DNA of 64,000 nucleotides. Origin: an uncultured bacterium (GTDB lineage Bacteria > Krumholzibacteriota > Krumholzibacteriia > LZORAL124-64-63). Shown one piece after another: positions 50,081-59,545 of this stretch. Position 1 is the first letter of the stretch. Each line of letters opens with the position of its first letter. The position numbers were made by a program, and so were the translations under genes. The notes beneath the pieces are model-generated. The model had not been told where the DNA came from. It did no database searches and saw only the letters and a list, made by a program, of their open reading frames with translations. Location of the stretch: the NCBI GenBank assembly GCA_963732385.1, contig CAVSZB010000008.1:64001-128000 (forward strand). Reading direction: 5' to 3'.

Positions 50081-52614
50081 CACGCCGACGCCCAGCGGGC
50101 CCGCGCGGCGGGCCGGCCCTGATCGTGGCGCTGGCGTTCCTGGTGCTTGGCGCCGTGGCCGTGGCGCAGGAGGCGCCGCGGCTCGATCTCAACCGCTCCA
50201 CGCTCGAGCAGATGCAGGCCCTGCCCATCGACGCCGGCCTGGCCCGGCGCGTCTGGGAGTACCGCACCTACGAGCGCTTCTTCGCCAGCGTGTATGATCT
50301 CATGGATGTGGAGGGGATGACGGCGGCCGACCTCGAGCGGCTCAAGCCGCTCGTTTCGACGATGCCGCCGGGCATCGAGGACGCCCAGATGGCGCGCCTG
50401 GAGGCGAGTTACCGGCAGGTGCGGCAATTCCTCGGCCAGGAGGGGACCAACGAGGGGCTCGTGGATGAGTACCTCGACCAGTTGCGGGATCCGGTCAACG
50501 TCAACCGGCTCGATCTTTTCGACCTGATGTCGTACCAGAACATCTCGCCGGTGGATGCCGCCAACCTCATCAAGGCGCGCCGCCGGATCGGCGGTTTCGC
50601 CGATGCGCGCCAGCTCCGCGGGACCGAGGGCCTGCGCTACTACAGCTTCCGCAACCTGCGCGATTTCGTCACCTACGCCGATGCCGATTCGGCCGACCGG
50701 TACGACAGTCGCGTGCGCGGCAGCTACGAGATCCGGTACTACGACACGCCGTACGGCACCAGCGACCTCGACGTGATCGCCACCAGCACCGGTCAGATCT
50801 TTTCCGACCGCCTGCCGTCCAACCCCTACGCCGAGGGCGATCAGCAGTCCGATCCGACCATGACCCAGAAGCTGCGCCTGAATTTCGGCAACGGTTTCCA
50901 GGGCGGGCTGCTCACACACCGCAACCTCGGCGAGCGCTCCTGGCACGAGACCGTCAAGGGGTACTACGGCGTCAACGACAAGACCATCGGGGGCTTCCAC
51001 CTGAAGCGTCTCGTGTTCGGCAACTACCGGGTGGCGTTCGGCCTCGGCCTGATCATGGACAACACCGACTTCACCCTGTTCCGCAAGACCGGGTACGGCT
51101 GGAACGTCCGCCCGATCGGCCTGCGGGGCGACCTGAGCCGCACGCGCGAGTTCGCGCTGACCGGCGCCGCCGCGGAGGGGGTGTACGGGGGCCTGCACGC
51201 CACGGCGTTCGTTTCCACCGGTCGCAAGGACGGCATCCTCAATCCCGACGGGACCATCAATCGCTACGTCGTGATGACCCCCCGTCCGTCGGAGGAATAC
51301 CTCGACGCCCACCTCACCAGCGGTGGCGCGCCGACCGGGCTGCGGCGCGAGGCGTTCCGTGAGGACATCTTCGGCGGCAACCTGCGCTACATGCTGGGCG
51401 ACGGCACCTATGTCGGCGTGACCGGCTACGAGACGCGCTACGACCGCGGTTTCGATCCCGATCCGACCACGCTCTTCGCCGCCGCGGACATGGCGCGGCT
51501 CGAGGAGCGCGACAGCGAGATCTGGTCCGGTTACAGCAGCGTGCGCATCGATCCCGACACCGGCGAGCGGGTGGAGCACAAGTTCCGCCGGATCTACGGC
51601 GCCGATTTCCAGGCGGTGGCCGGCAACGCGGCCATCCAGGGGGAGTACGGCGTGCTGCAGGATCCAGGCGCGTCGCTGTTCCACGGCGCCAACCGCGACG
51701 CATTCATCGTCAACGGCTATGCCCAGTGGGAGGACCTGCACCTGCTGGCGATCTACCGCGACTACGACCTGGGCTTCGACAACCCGTACGGACGCGCTTT
51801 CTCGAACGACTCGCGTTACGAGCAGACGCTGATCGATTCCCCCTTCCGGATGCAGGACGACCTCTACTCGTTCCTGTCGCTGCGCACCCCGCAGCCGAAG
51901 CCGGAGCAGGGATTGTTCCTGCAGTCGCGTTACCGCATCAGCCGCACGCTGACCATCACCGGGCTCGAGTACGATCAGTGGAAGCGCAAGGCCGACGGCA
52001 TGGACATGAGCCGCTACACGCTGCGCGCGGAGTACCAGCCGATCTTCAACCTGCGTTTCCGCCTGCGGCACCGCTACAGCAGCCGTGGCGAGCAGTTTCC
52101 CACCGACGTCCGCGAATACCGCAACTGGGAGACCCGCTGGGAACTGCTGACGCTGCTGTCGAACTACAACAGCCTGAAATTCATGTACATGACCAGCAAC
52201 GTCATGTTCCCGGTGCGCCCGCGGCTAAGCTACCCGGCCGACCCCGGCACGGGGGAAAGCGCGGTCGGCACCGCCGGCATCCCGGCCCATGCCTTCCAGG
52301 CGATCTACGAGCACAACCTGACGCCGCACATCCGTCTCCTGTTCAGCAGCGAGGTCTATGACGGATTCCTCTGGAATTTCGAGGGGAACGAATTCACCAC
52401 CGTCGATGGCCGGGGGTTCCGCAACTGGTTCCAGTTCGAAAGCCGGGTCTCCGACCGGCTGCTCTACCAGCTCAAGATCACCCGCGACCACAATCTGCCG
52501 CACACCTGGGTCGACATCCGGAGCTACGGCGGTCCCATCGGACTCGAGCCGGAGGGCGCCTACGCGTCCAGGGACATCACGTCTGTCCGCATGCAGCTCG
52601 ATTACACCTTCTGA
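50077..52614 (+). CDS. ComEA-type helix-hairpin-helix domains fused to an outer-membrane beta-barrel
   Basis: LDLNRSTLEQMQALP..RVWEYR..F.SVYDL.VEG and VNVNR..DL..RRRIGGF..QLR..EGL; C-terminal VRMQLDYTF. Confidence 0.8.
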   Translation: MTRRRPAGPRGGPALIVALAFLVLGAVAVAQEAPRLDLNRSTLEQMQALPIDAGLARRVWEYRTYERFFASVYDLMDVEGMTAADLERLKPLVSTMPPGIEDAQMARLEASYRQVRQFLGQEGTNEGLVDEYLDQLRDPVNVNRLDLFDLMSYQNISPVDAANLIKARRRIGGFADARQLRGTEGLRYYSFRNLRDFVTYADADSADRYDSRVRGSYEIRYYDTPYGTSDLDVIATSTGQIFSDRLPSNPYAEGDQQSDPTMTQKLRLNFGNGFQGGLLTHRNLGERSWHETVKGYYGVNDKTIGGFHLKRLVFGNYRVAFGLGLIMDNTDFTLFRKTGYGWNVRPIGLRGDLSRTREFALTGAAAEGVYGGLHATAFVSTGRKDGILNPDGTINRYVVMTPRPSEEYLDAHLTSGGAPTGLRREAFREDIFGGNLRYMLGDGTYVGVTGYETRYDRGFDPDPTTLFAAADMARLEERDSEIWSGYSSVRIDPDTGERVEHKFRRIYGADFQAVAGNAAIQGEYGVLQDPGASLFHGANRDAFIVNGYAQWEDLHLLAIYRDYDLGFDNPYGRAFSNDSRYEQTLIDSPFRMQDDLYSFLSLRTPQPKPEQGLFLQSRYRISRTLTITGLEYDQWKRKADGMDMSRYTLRAEYQPIFNLRFRLRHRYSSRGEQFPTDVREYRNWETRWELLTLLSNYNSLKFMYMTSNVMFPVRPRLSYPADPGTGESAVGTAGIPAHAFQAIYEHNLTPHIRLLFSSEVYDGFLWNFEGNEFTTVDGRGFRNWFQFESRVSDRLLYQLKITRDHNLPHTWVDIRSYGGPIGLEPEGAYASRDITSVRMQLDYTF

Positions 52615-52630
52615 CGAGGAGCCTGAAGCG

Positions 52631-53947
52631 ATGAAGCAGAGAATGCGCAATCGGGCGGGCCGGCCGGCGGCGGTCGTGACGGGCCTGGTCGCCCTGCTGG
52701 CCGCGACGGTGGCAGGACCGGCCGCGGCCGATCCCGCGCTGCATACGCGCTACGGCGACCCGGCCACCTCGCTCTCCGCGGAGATCGACGCCATGGCCGG
52801 CACCGGTACGGCGCTCTTCCGTGGCGGCTTCTCGAACGTGCTCAACCCGGCCATGCTGGCCGCGGGCCCGGACGGGACGACCCTGGACGGCTCGCTGTCG
52901 CTCGCCCAGGCGCACGAGGACCGCTATATCCCGCTTTTCGACACGTTCACGAGCTACGTGACCGACACGGCCATCGCCTCGAACCGGCACCACTACTTCG
53001 GCACCGGTTTCGCCGTGGCGCACCGCCTGCCGTTCGCCTGGCGTCCGATCACCGCGGCCGTCTCGCTGACCGACCGCTACAGCTTCGCCTACGATTTCAA
53101 CGAGCAGATCCGCGACCCCGATACCTTCAACAGCCCGCGCGACGCGGTGCTGCAGGAGCGCGCGGTGGAGATCGACGGCACGCTGCGCGCGCTGTCCGGC
53201 GGTGCCGCCATCGAGCTCGGTCCGCGTCTGTCCCTGGGCGTGGCGGCCCACTATGCCTTCGGCACCCGCGACCAGATGCGCCGCGTGCGTGACTACGCCA
53301 CGCCGTCGTCGAGCCTGCTGGAGGATGCCAGCTTCGACATGGAGGGGCTGAATTTCACGTTCGGCGCCCGATTGCATGTGGATGAGCGGCTGGAACTCGG
53401 GCTCACCTACGAATCGCCGCTGGCGGTGACCGGGAGGACGCTGACCGAGACCTATTTCGGCGCCTATCCCGATTCGGTGCTTTCGGTTACCGGCACCACC
53501 GGGGTGGACTATCCGCGCGCTTTCCGCGCCGGTCTGGCGTACCGCCCCCGCAGCGCGCCGCGCACCGTCTTCACGGTGGATGCGGCCTGGCGCGAATGGA
53601 GCGAACTTGATGACAGCCGGCTGGCGGGAGACAACCCGCTGCTGTTGCAGGACGCGATCGACGTGAGCATCGGGGTGGAGCACCGGTTCTACAACGGCCT
53701 GCCGGTCCGGTTCGGATTCCGGCGGCTTGACTCCTACGATGACCGTGAGGTCGGGGCCTCGTTCTTCACGGCAGGTGTCGGTCTGGACGCCGGCGGAGGC
53801 ACGGTTTCCGTCTCGACGGAACTGAGCAAGACCAACAGCATTCGCGACCACTGGTTCGCCTACCCGGCGACCTTCGTGGTCGAGCAGCAGGCGCGCGTGG
53901 AGGATACCCGGTTCCGCATCGGCGTCGGCTGGAGTCGCGCCTTTTGA
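52631..53947 (+). CDS. Outer-membrane beta-barrel protein (FadL/PorV-like)
   Basis: Signal peptide, AMAGTG..LNPAML hatch-like motif, amphipathic strands, terminal Phe (GVGWSRAF). Confidence 0.72.
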   Translation: MKQRMRNRAGRPAAVVTGLVALLAATVAGPAAADPALHTRYGDPATSLSAEIDAMAGTGTALFRGGFSNVLNPAMLAAGPDGTTLDGSLSLAQAHEDRYIPLFDTFTSYVTDTAIASNRHHYFGTGFAVAHRLPFAWRPITAAVSLTDRYSFAYDFNEQIRDPDTFNSPRDAVLQERAVEIDGTLRALSGGAAIELGPRLSLGVAAHYAFGTRDQMRRVRDYATPSSSLLEDASFDMEGLNFTFGARLHVDERLELGLTYESPLAVTGRTLTETYFGAYPDSVLSVTGTTGVDYPRAFRAGLAYRPRSAPRTVFTVDAAWREWSELDDSRLAGDNPLLLQDAIDVSIGVEHRFYNGLPVRFGFRRLDSYDDREVGASFFTAGVGLDAGGGTVSVSTELSKTNSIRDHWFAYPATFVVEQQARVEDTRFRIGVGWSRAF

Positions 53948-55314
53948 CCACGCTCCCGGGAGGAGCTGACACCTTGCCGCATACCGGCCGATCCTCGCCC
54001 GCGCGGCGTGCCGCCCTCGCGCGGTTCGCTGCGTTACCGCTGCTCGCCGTCCTGGGGCTGCTGGCGGGCGGCTGCGGCGATTCGGCCACCTCGCCCGAAC
54101 CGGTCACGGTGGTTGCCCGTTTCACCGGTCTGTCCGGGCGGCAGGTGGCCTGGTCCACGAACGTTCCCTCGCGCGGCGCCGTGCGCTACGGCTTCGTGAG
54201 CGGGCAGTATGACCATATAGCCTGGCCGGCGGCGGCGGGCGGGGCGGACAAGGCGTACACCCAGAGTCACGCCGTGCCGTTGCTCGACGATGTCACCGGA
54301 CGCACGGTCTTCATCCAGTGCATCGACGTCACCCAGGAGGGATTTTTCGCCGCCGCGCAAGAGACCGCCCTCACCTTCGCCGCCATGCCGGCGACGGCGC
54401 CCCTGCTCCGCTTCACCTCGGTCGACGTCCAGTTCGGCGATGCGCAAGTGCTGCGCCTGCCGACGGCCGGCAGCGTGGTCGCCATCGACGGCGGCAATCC
54501 CTATGTGACCGTCAGCGGCGAGACGGCGCCTCAGCACGTGATGCACTGGCTGGACGACCGGGGCATCACCCGGCTCGACGTCGCGCTCGCCACGCACATG
54601 CACGGCGACCACGTGGGCGGCCTGCTCCGGGACGGCGCCGGCGGCGTGGGCCTGCTGGAGCATTGCCAGATCGGTCTCTACCTCGACGTGCCGGCCGTGA
54701 CCGGCAATGCCTACAACCAGGTCGCGGTGAATACGATCCTGGCCGAACGCGAGATCACGAAGCGGATCATCGCGCCCGGCATGACCTCCGCCACCGAGCC
54801 CGACGCTCTCGACTGGGACTCCGCCGTGGAGGTCATGGTGCTCAACGCCGGCGCCCAGCCGGAGTGGGCCGGCGGCGACCTGAACAACGACTCGGTGGTG
54901 CTGAAGATCAGCTACGGCGCCGTCGACCTGATCACGGGGGGCGACTGCCTCGTGCTGGGCGAGACGCGCATCCTGACTTACTTCCCCGGCGCGCTGGCCG
55001 GCGTGGAGTACTTCAAGGCGAGCCACCACGGTCGCGCGAACGCCAACAGTCTGGCCTACCTGATGGCGATCGCGCCGCGGTTGTCGGTGATCCCGGTCGC
55101 CTTCATCGCCTACAACGAGGGCCCTGACCAGGGCGCGAAGGACACCGCGCAGACGCTGGAACGCCTGGCCAACCTGCGCACCGACGTTTTCCGCTTCGAC
55201 GCGGCCGCGCCCCTGGCCCGGCCGCAGGACAACCATACTTTCTGGCATACGACGTTCACCACCGACGGCGCCAGCTACGAAGTGCGCATCGAGCCGTCGG
55301 TCTGGGGGCTGTAG
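53944..55314 (+). CDS. Lipoprotein with ComEC/Rec2-type metallo-beta-lactamase fold
   Basis: Lipobox LAGGC; DVQFGDA, IDGG, THMHGDHVGG, NNDSVVL, TGGD, SHHG. Confidence 0.85.
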   Translation: MTTLPGGADTLPHTGRSSPARRAALARFAALPLLAVLGLLAGGCGDSATSPEPVTVVARFTGLSGRQVAWSTNVPSRGAVRYGFVSGQYDHIAWPAAAGGADKAYTQSHAVPLLDDVTGRTVFIQCIDVTQEGFFAAAQETALTFAAMPATAPLLRFTSVDVQFGDAQVLRLPTAGSVVAIDGGNPYVTVSGETAPQHVMHWLDDRGITRLDVALATHMHGDHVGGLLRDGAGGVGLLEHCQIGLYLDVPAVTGNAYNQVAVNTILAEREITKRIIAPGMTSATEPDALDWDSAVEVMVLNAGAQPEWAGGDLNNDSVVLKISYGAVDLITGGDCLVLGETRILTYFPGALAGVEYFKASHHGRANANSLAYLMAIAPRLSVIPVAFIAYNEGPDQGAKDTAQTLERLANLRTDVFRFDAAAPLARPQDNHTFWHTTFTTDGASYEVRIEPSVWGL

Positions 55315-55364
55315 CGCCCCTGGCCCGCGGCCGGTTTGCCGGCCGGCCGTCCCGAGGAGAGATC

Positions 55365-57119
55365 GTGATGCAAGTCGCCAATGCTTCCGTCGCCCGTCGT
55401 TCCCTCGTCCCCGCCGCCGTCCGCCGCGGCCTCCTGGCCGCCGCTGCGTTGGCGCTGGCGGTCGCTCTCGGCGGCGCCGCCGTCCCCGCGGGGGAGCCCG
55501 AGGATGGCGTGCTGCGGATCCATCTGCTCTGGACGAACGACCTGCACGGCCACATCGGCCCGGAGGGGGCCCGCTTCATGAACCCCAACTTCCCGCCCCC
55601 GCTCGGCGGCGCCGCCTCGGCGGCCGCCTACATCAGGCGGGTGCGGGAGACGGCGGCCGCGGCGGGCGAAGAGGTCCTGCTGGTCGATGTGGGCGACATG
55701 TTCCAGGGGACGCCGGTCGGCACGAAGACGCAGGGCACGTCGGTCATCGACTACTTCAACCACATCGGGTATGACCTGGCCGTGCCGGGCAACCACGACT
55801 TCGATCTCGGCCGCCAGAACGCCGAGCGCCTGGCCCGCCTCTCGCAGTTCCCCTGGCTGTGCGCCAATCTCGTCGAGAAGGACACCGGCAAGGTGGTCGA
55901 CTGGTGTCGGCCCACGCTGATGCTGGAGAGGGGCGGGTTGAAGATCGGCGTGATCGGCATCATCACCCCCGGCACGGCGAGCATGTCCTTTCCCGCCAAT
56001 ATCAAGGGCCTCGATTTCCGCCCGATGGCCGACACCGTGACGCAGTATCGTGACGAACTGCGGGCGCAGGGCGCCCAGCTCATCTTCCTGGCCATCCACG
56101 ACGGACTTCCGTTCAACGCCGAGCAGGCGTGGCGCAAGCGCGTGGAGTCGGCCGAGGAGGACGCGCTGCGGCCGCAGCGCAGCTTCGGCACCTATGGCGG
56201 CCTGGGGCTGGACGGACTGGTGGCGGAGGTGCCGGGGATCGATTTCGCCGTCGGCGGCCACACCCACCGCGGCTACACCGAGCCGTGGGTCGACCCGGTG
56301 CACCACACCCTCTGTTTCGAGTCGTACGGCAACGGCTCGAGCCTCGGCCACGCGATCCTCGAAATCGACCGGCGCACGGGCGGACTGATCGGCTGGAAGG
56401 GGCCGCACGACCAGGGGGTCCTGGTCAGCCTGTTCGAGGACGAGATCTGGCCCGACGAGGCGACGCGACAGGTCATCCAACCGTGGCTCGAAAAGACCGA
56501 CGCCGAGATGAACCGGGTCGTGGGGCATCTCGCGGTGAATCTGCCCCGCGGCGGCGCCGGCAACAACCTGGTGGGAAACCTGGTCACCGACGCGATGCGG
56601 GCGCAGTTCAACGCCGATCTCGCCATCCAGAATCTGGGCGGTCTGCGCGCCGACATGCAGGCCGGCGAGGTCACGGCGCGGGACATTTTCAGCGTGCTGC
56701 CGTTCGGCAATGAACTGGTGGTGGCGAAGATCCCCGGTGAGCTGCTGCTGCGACTCTTCGAGCGCAAGGTGGCCGGTTCTAGCGGCGGCATCTGCGTGTC
56801 CGGTGCGCAGGTCGAGTTCAACCCCGACCGCCCGGACGGCCAGCGGCTCTGCTCGCTGACGATCGGCGGCGCGCCGATCGACGCCGGCAAGGTCTACACC
56901 ATGGTTCTGACCAACTACCTGATGGAAGGCAACAGCGGCCTCGAAATGCTGACATCGGTGCCCGAGACGGATGTTGAGCCGACCCGGCTCACCGATGGCG
57001 AAGTACTCGAGGCGTATCTGCGGAAAGAGGGGACCGTCCGGCCGAAGCTGGACGATCGCTGGCTGGAGCAGAGAGGGTGCGCCCGGGCCGCCTACCTGCC
57101 CCCGCCGGGCGCCTCCTGA
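55365..57119 (+). CDS. Bifunctional metallophosphatase / 5'-nucleotidase (UshA/CpdB family), exported
   Basis: NDLHG, DVGD, GNHDFD, GGHTH, NLGGLRA, LPFGN. Confidence 0.92.
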   Translation: MMQVANASVARRSLVPAAVRRGLLAAAALALAVALGGAAVPAGEPEDGVLRIHLLWTNDLHGHIGPEGARFMNPNFPPPLGGAASAAAYIRRVRETAAAAGEEVLLVDVGDMFQGTPVGTKTQGTSVIDYFNHIGYDLAVPGNHDFDLGRQNAERLARLSQFPWLCANLVEKDTGKVVDWCRPTLMLERGGLKIGVIGIITPGTASMSFPANIKGLDFRPMADTVTQYRDELRAQGAQLIFLAIHDGLPFNAEQAWRKRVESAEEDALRPQRSFGTYGGLGLDGLVAEVPGIDFAVGGHTHRGYTEPWVDPVHHTLCFESYGNGSSLGHAILEIDRRTGGLIGWKGPHDQGVLVSLFEDEIWPDEATRQVIQPWLEKTDAEMNRVVGHLAVNLPRGGAGNNLVGNLVTDAMRAQFNADLAIQNLGGLRADMQAGEVTARDIFSVLPFGNELVVAKIPGELLLRLFERKVAGSSGGICVSGAQVEFNPDRPDGQRLCSLTIGGAPIDAGKVYTMVLTNYLMEGNSGLEMLTSVPETDVEPTRLTDGEVLEAYLRKEGTVRPKLDDRWLEQRGCARAAYLPPPGAS

Positions 57120-57142
57120 CCTGCCCGGACTTCTCGTCGGAG

Positions 57143-57172
57143 GCGGCCGGACCGGCGTCCGGCCGCTTTTTT
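57143..57172 (+). terminator. Rho-independent terminator
   Basis: GCGGCCGGAC-CGGC-GTCCGGCCGC-TTTTTT. Confidence 0.88.
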
Positions 57173-57326
57173 GCGCCCTCCTGGCCGACCCGTGCCGGTT
57201 CGCGGTGAGGCCTCAAGCCGGTCCATCCCCGGCCGAATCAAACCCGTACGTGGCAATCATCTCCGCGCCGGCGACCCGGATCGCCTCCCGGCGCCGGAGC
57301 GCAACCTTCGACCGGAGGTCGACGGA

Positions 57327-58571
57327 GTGGTTCAGCTCAGGCCCGAGCGGACGAACGAACAGCTCCAGCGTTTCGGCTCCCGCATGAACAAGATGATCGT
57401 CGGCCAGCCCCGGGCCATCGATCGGATCACGGACAGCTTCAGCCGACTCATCGCGGGGATCCAGGACCCCGAGCAGCCGCTGCTGACGATGTTGTTTCTG
57501 GGGCCCACCGGGGTCGGCAAGACCGAAACCGTGCGCGCGCTGGCCGAAACGATCTTCGGCAACCGGCGGGCCTTCACCCGGATCAGCTGCCAGGAGTATT
57601 CGGCGCACTACAACATCTCCAAGCTGCTCGGTTCGCCCCCCGGCTATGTCGGCGGGGAGATCCGCCCCCTGCTCGCACAGGAGAATCTCGACCGTCACCA
57701 CAAGAAATCGCTTGAGAACCAGTCGGGCATGATCTGCGAGGCGGGCGGCAAGCTGAGCCGGTTGTTCCCTCCCGACTCCGACCGCAACCTGGCGATCGTC
57801 CTGTTCGACGAGATCGAGAAGGCCCACCCCAAGATGTGGAATCTGCTGTTGGGGATTCTGGAGGACGGCCGCCTCGTCCTGGGCAACAACGAGGAGGTCG
57901 ACTTCACGCGGGCCATCGTCGTGCTGACCACCAATGTCGGCAGCGAGGCGATGGGCGCCCATCTGACCCAGAGCCAGATCGGATTTTCCGCGGGCAGCGA
58001 CGCCAACGAGCTCAATCGCAATCTAGATGAGGCGGCCCGGCGCGCCGCCCGCAAGGTCTTCCCGCACGAGTTCCTCAACCGCTTCGACGACCTGGTCACG
58101 TTCCAGTCGCTCCAGGAGGCGCATCTGTTCCAGATCCTGGACAACCAGATCGCGCAGATCCACCACCGCTCGTTGCGATGCGCGGAGCCGTTCCTGCTGG
58201 AGGTCACGCCGGCCGCGAAGCGACGGCTGGTGGAGGCGGGCACGGACGCCAAGTTCGGCGCGCGTCCGCTCAAGCGGGTGGTCGAGCAGCGTCTGGTCAC
58301 CCCCATCTCGCGCTACATCTGCAGCGATCAGATCCGCAAGGGCGACCTGATCACGGTCGACCTGATCGGCGAGGAGTTCGTATTCCTCAGGGAGACGGGC
58401 GTGACGAGCTGGGAGGAGCTGGAAGGACTCGGCCCCTTCCCGCCGGCCAAGTGGGCGCGGACAGACCTCGGCGTGAAGGATGATGGCGGCGAGAAGAAGG
58501 AGATCGTCGAGAACGCAGTGCGCGTGGACGCCCACGCCGGCGTGCTGGAGGGCGTCGGCGCGCCCGAGTGA
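57327..58571 (+). CDS. Stand-alone ClpA/B/C D2-type AAA+ ATPase
   Basis: GPTGVGKT, GSPPGYVG, LFDEIEKAH, QIGFS, EFLNR, GARPL; GTG after GGAGG. Confidence 0.85.
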   Translation: MVQLRPERTNEQLQRFGSRMNKMIVGQPRAIDRITDSFSRLIAGIQDPEQPLLTMLFLGPTGVGKTETVRALAETIFGNRRAFTRISCQEYSAHYNISKLLGSPPGYVGGEIRPLLAQENLDRHHKKSLENQSGMICEAGGKLSRLFPPDSDRNLAIVLFDEIEKAHPKMWNLLLGILEDGRLVLGNNEEVDFTRAIVVLTTNVGSEAMGAHLTQSQIGFSAGSDANELNRNLDEAARRAARKVFPHEFLNRFDDLVTFQSLQEAHLFQILDNQIAQIHHRSLRCAEPFLLEVTPAAKRRLVEAGTDAKFGARPLKRVVEQRLVTPISRYICSDQIRKGDLITVDLIGEEFVFLRETGVTSWEELEGLGPFPPAKWARTDLGVKDDGGEKKEIVENAVRVDAHAGVLEGVGAPE

Positions 58572-58610
58572 CAGTCCGCATCGGGCGCGCGATGGCCGGC
58601 GGCGTACGCG

Positions 58611-58964
58611 CTAGGGCCAGTAGAGGATCCGGCCGCAACTCTCGCAGGTCAGCACCCGGTTCTCGTGCGTAACCGACACGAACGAACTCGGAATGCTGGC
58701 GAAGCACCCCATGCACAGGTTTCCGATCACCGGCACCACGGCGTGGCCGAAGCGTCCCGTGAGCTTGCGGTAGTAGCTGCGGTGGCGCGGATCGAGTTGC
58801 GACTCCAGCTCGCCCAGGGAGCGCTTCAGATTGTCCAGGCCGTTGAGCGGGAAGCCCATCTCCTGGAACTCCTTCGCGCGCGTCTCGTTCTCGGCATCGC
58901 GGATCATCTGCTCGAGATCCTGGACCGCGACGAGCAGCTGCAGTTGCTGGTTCATCACGCTCAC
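58611..58964 (-). CDS. C4-type zinc ribbon protein (short zf-RING_7/DUF164-like)
   Basis: CMGC...CESCGRILY; short coiled-coil N-terminus. Confidence 0.8.
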   Translation of the reverse strand: MSVMNQQLQLLVAVQDLEQMIRDAENETRAKEFQEMGFPLNGLDNLKRSLGELESQLDPRHRSYYRKLTGRFGHAVVPVIGNLCMGCFASIPSSFVSVTHENRVLTCESCGRILYWP

Positions 58965-59431
58965 GCCTCCTCCAGAGCCTGGCAGAAGTCCTCGTAGCCT
59001 GCGGCGGCCATGAGCCGGTCCCGCAGTTCCGCCGACTGCAGATTCTCCGTCAGCACCGCCAGGGAGCGGATGTACTGGTTGCCGGAGTCATGCGGCGGCG
59101 CGATCAGCACGAAGAACAGATGGGTGGGATCGCCGTCGATCGAGTCGAACTGCACGCCGCTCGAAGAGCGCGCGATCAGGACCGTGAGCTGCTGCACCGC
59201 GAGCGTTCGCCCGTGGGGGAACGCCACGCCGGGACCGACCGCGGTGCTGCCGAGCTGTTCACGGCTCTGCAGCATCTTCAGGATCGTTTCCCGGTTGGTG
59301 ATGGGGGTGCCGGCGATCAGACCAGAGACCATTTCTTCGAGCGCGGAGAGCTTGTCGGTGGCCTGCAGGTCGGGAAGGAACAGGGCGGGGGAGGTGTGCT
59401 TGAGCATGTCCGTCAGAGTCATGAGGACCAC
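58961..59431 (-). CDS. PTS sugar transporter subunit IIA (EIIA-Ntr/Fru-like)
   Basis: RE..GSTAVG.GVAFPHGR with phospho-His; FDSIDG. Confidence 0.9.
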   Translation of the reverse strand: MVLMTLTDMLKHTSPALFLPDLQATDKLSALEEMVSGLIAGTPITNRETILKMLQSREQLGSTAVGPGVAFPHGRTLAVQQLTVLIARSSSGVQFDSIDGDPTHLFFVLIAPPHDSGNQYIRSLAVLTENLQSAELRDRLMAAAGYEDFCQALEEA

Positions 59432-59545
59432 CTTCAGCGCGGCGGAATAACGGGTGCTGCGGGTAAGGCAAAGCTATATCATGACAGCGGTTTCGACAAG
59501 CTGCAATCGACGGCGCGCGCGGGCGCGCGCCGGGTCGGAGGGCGT

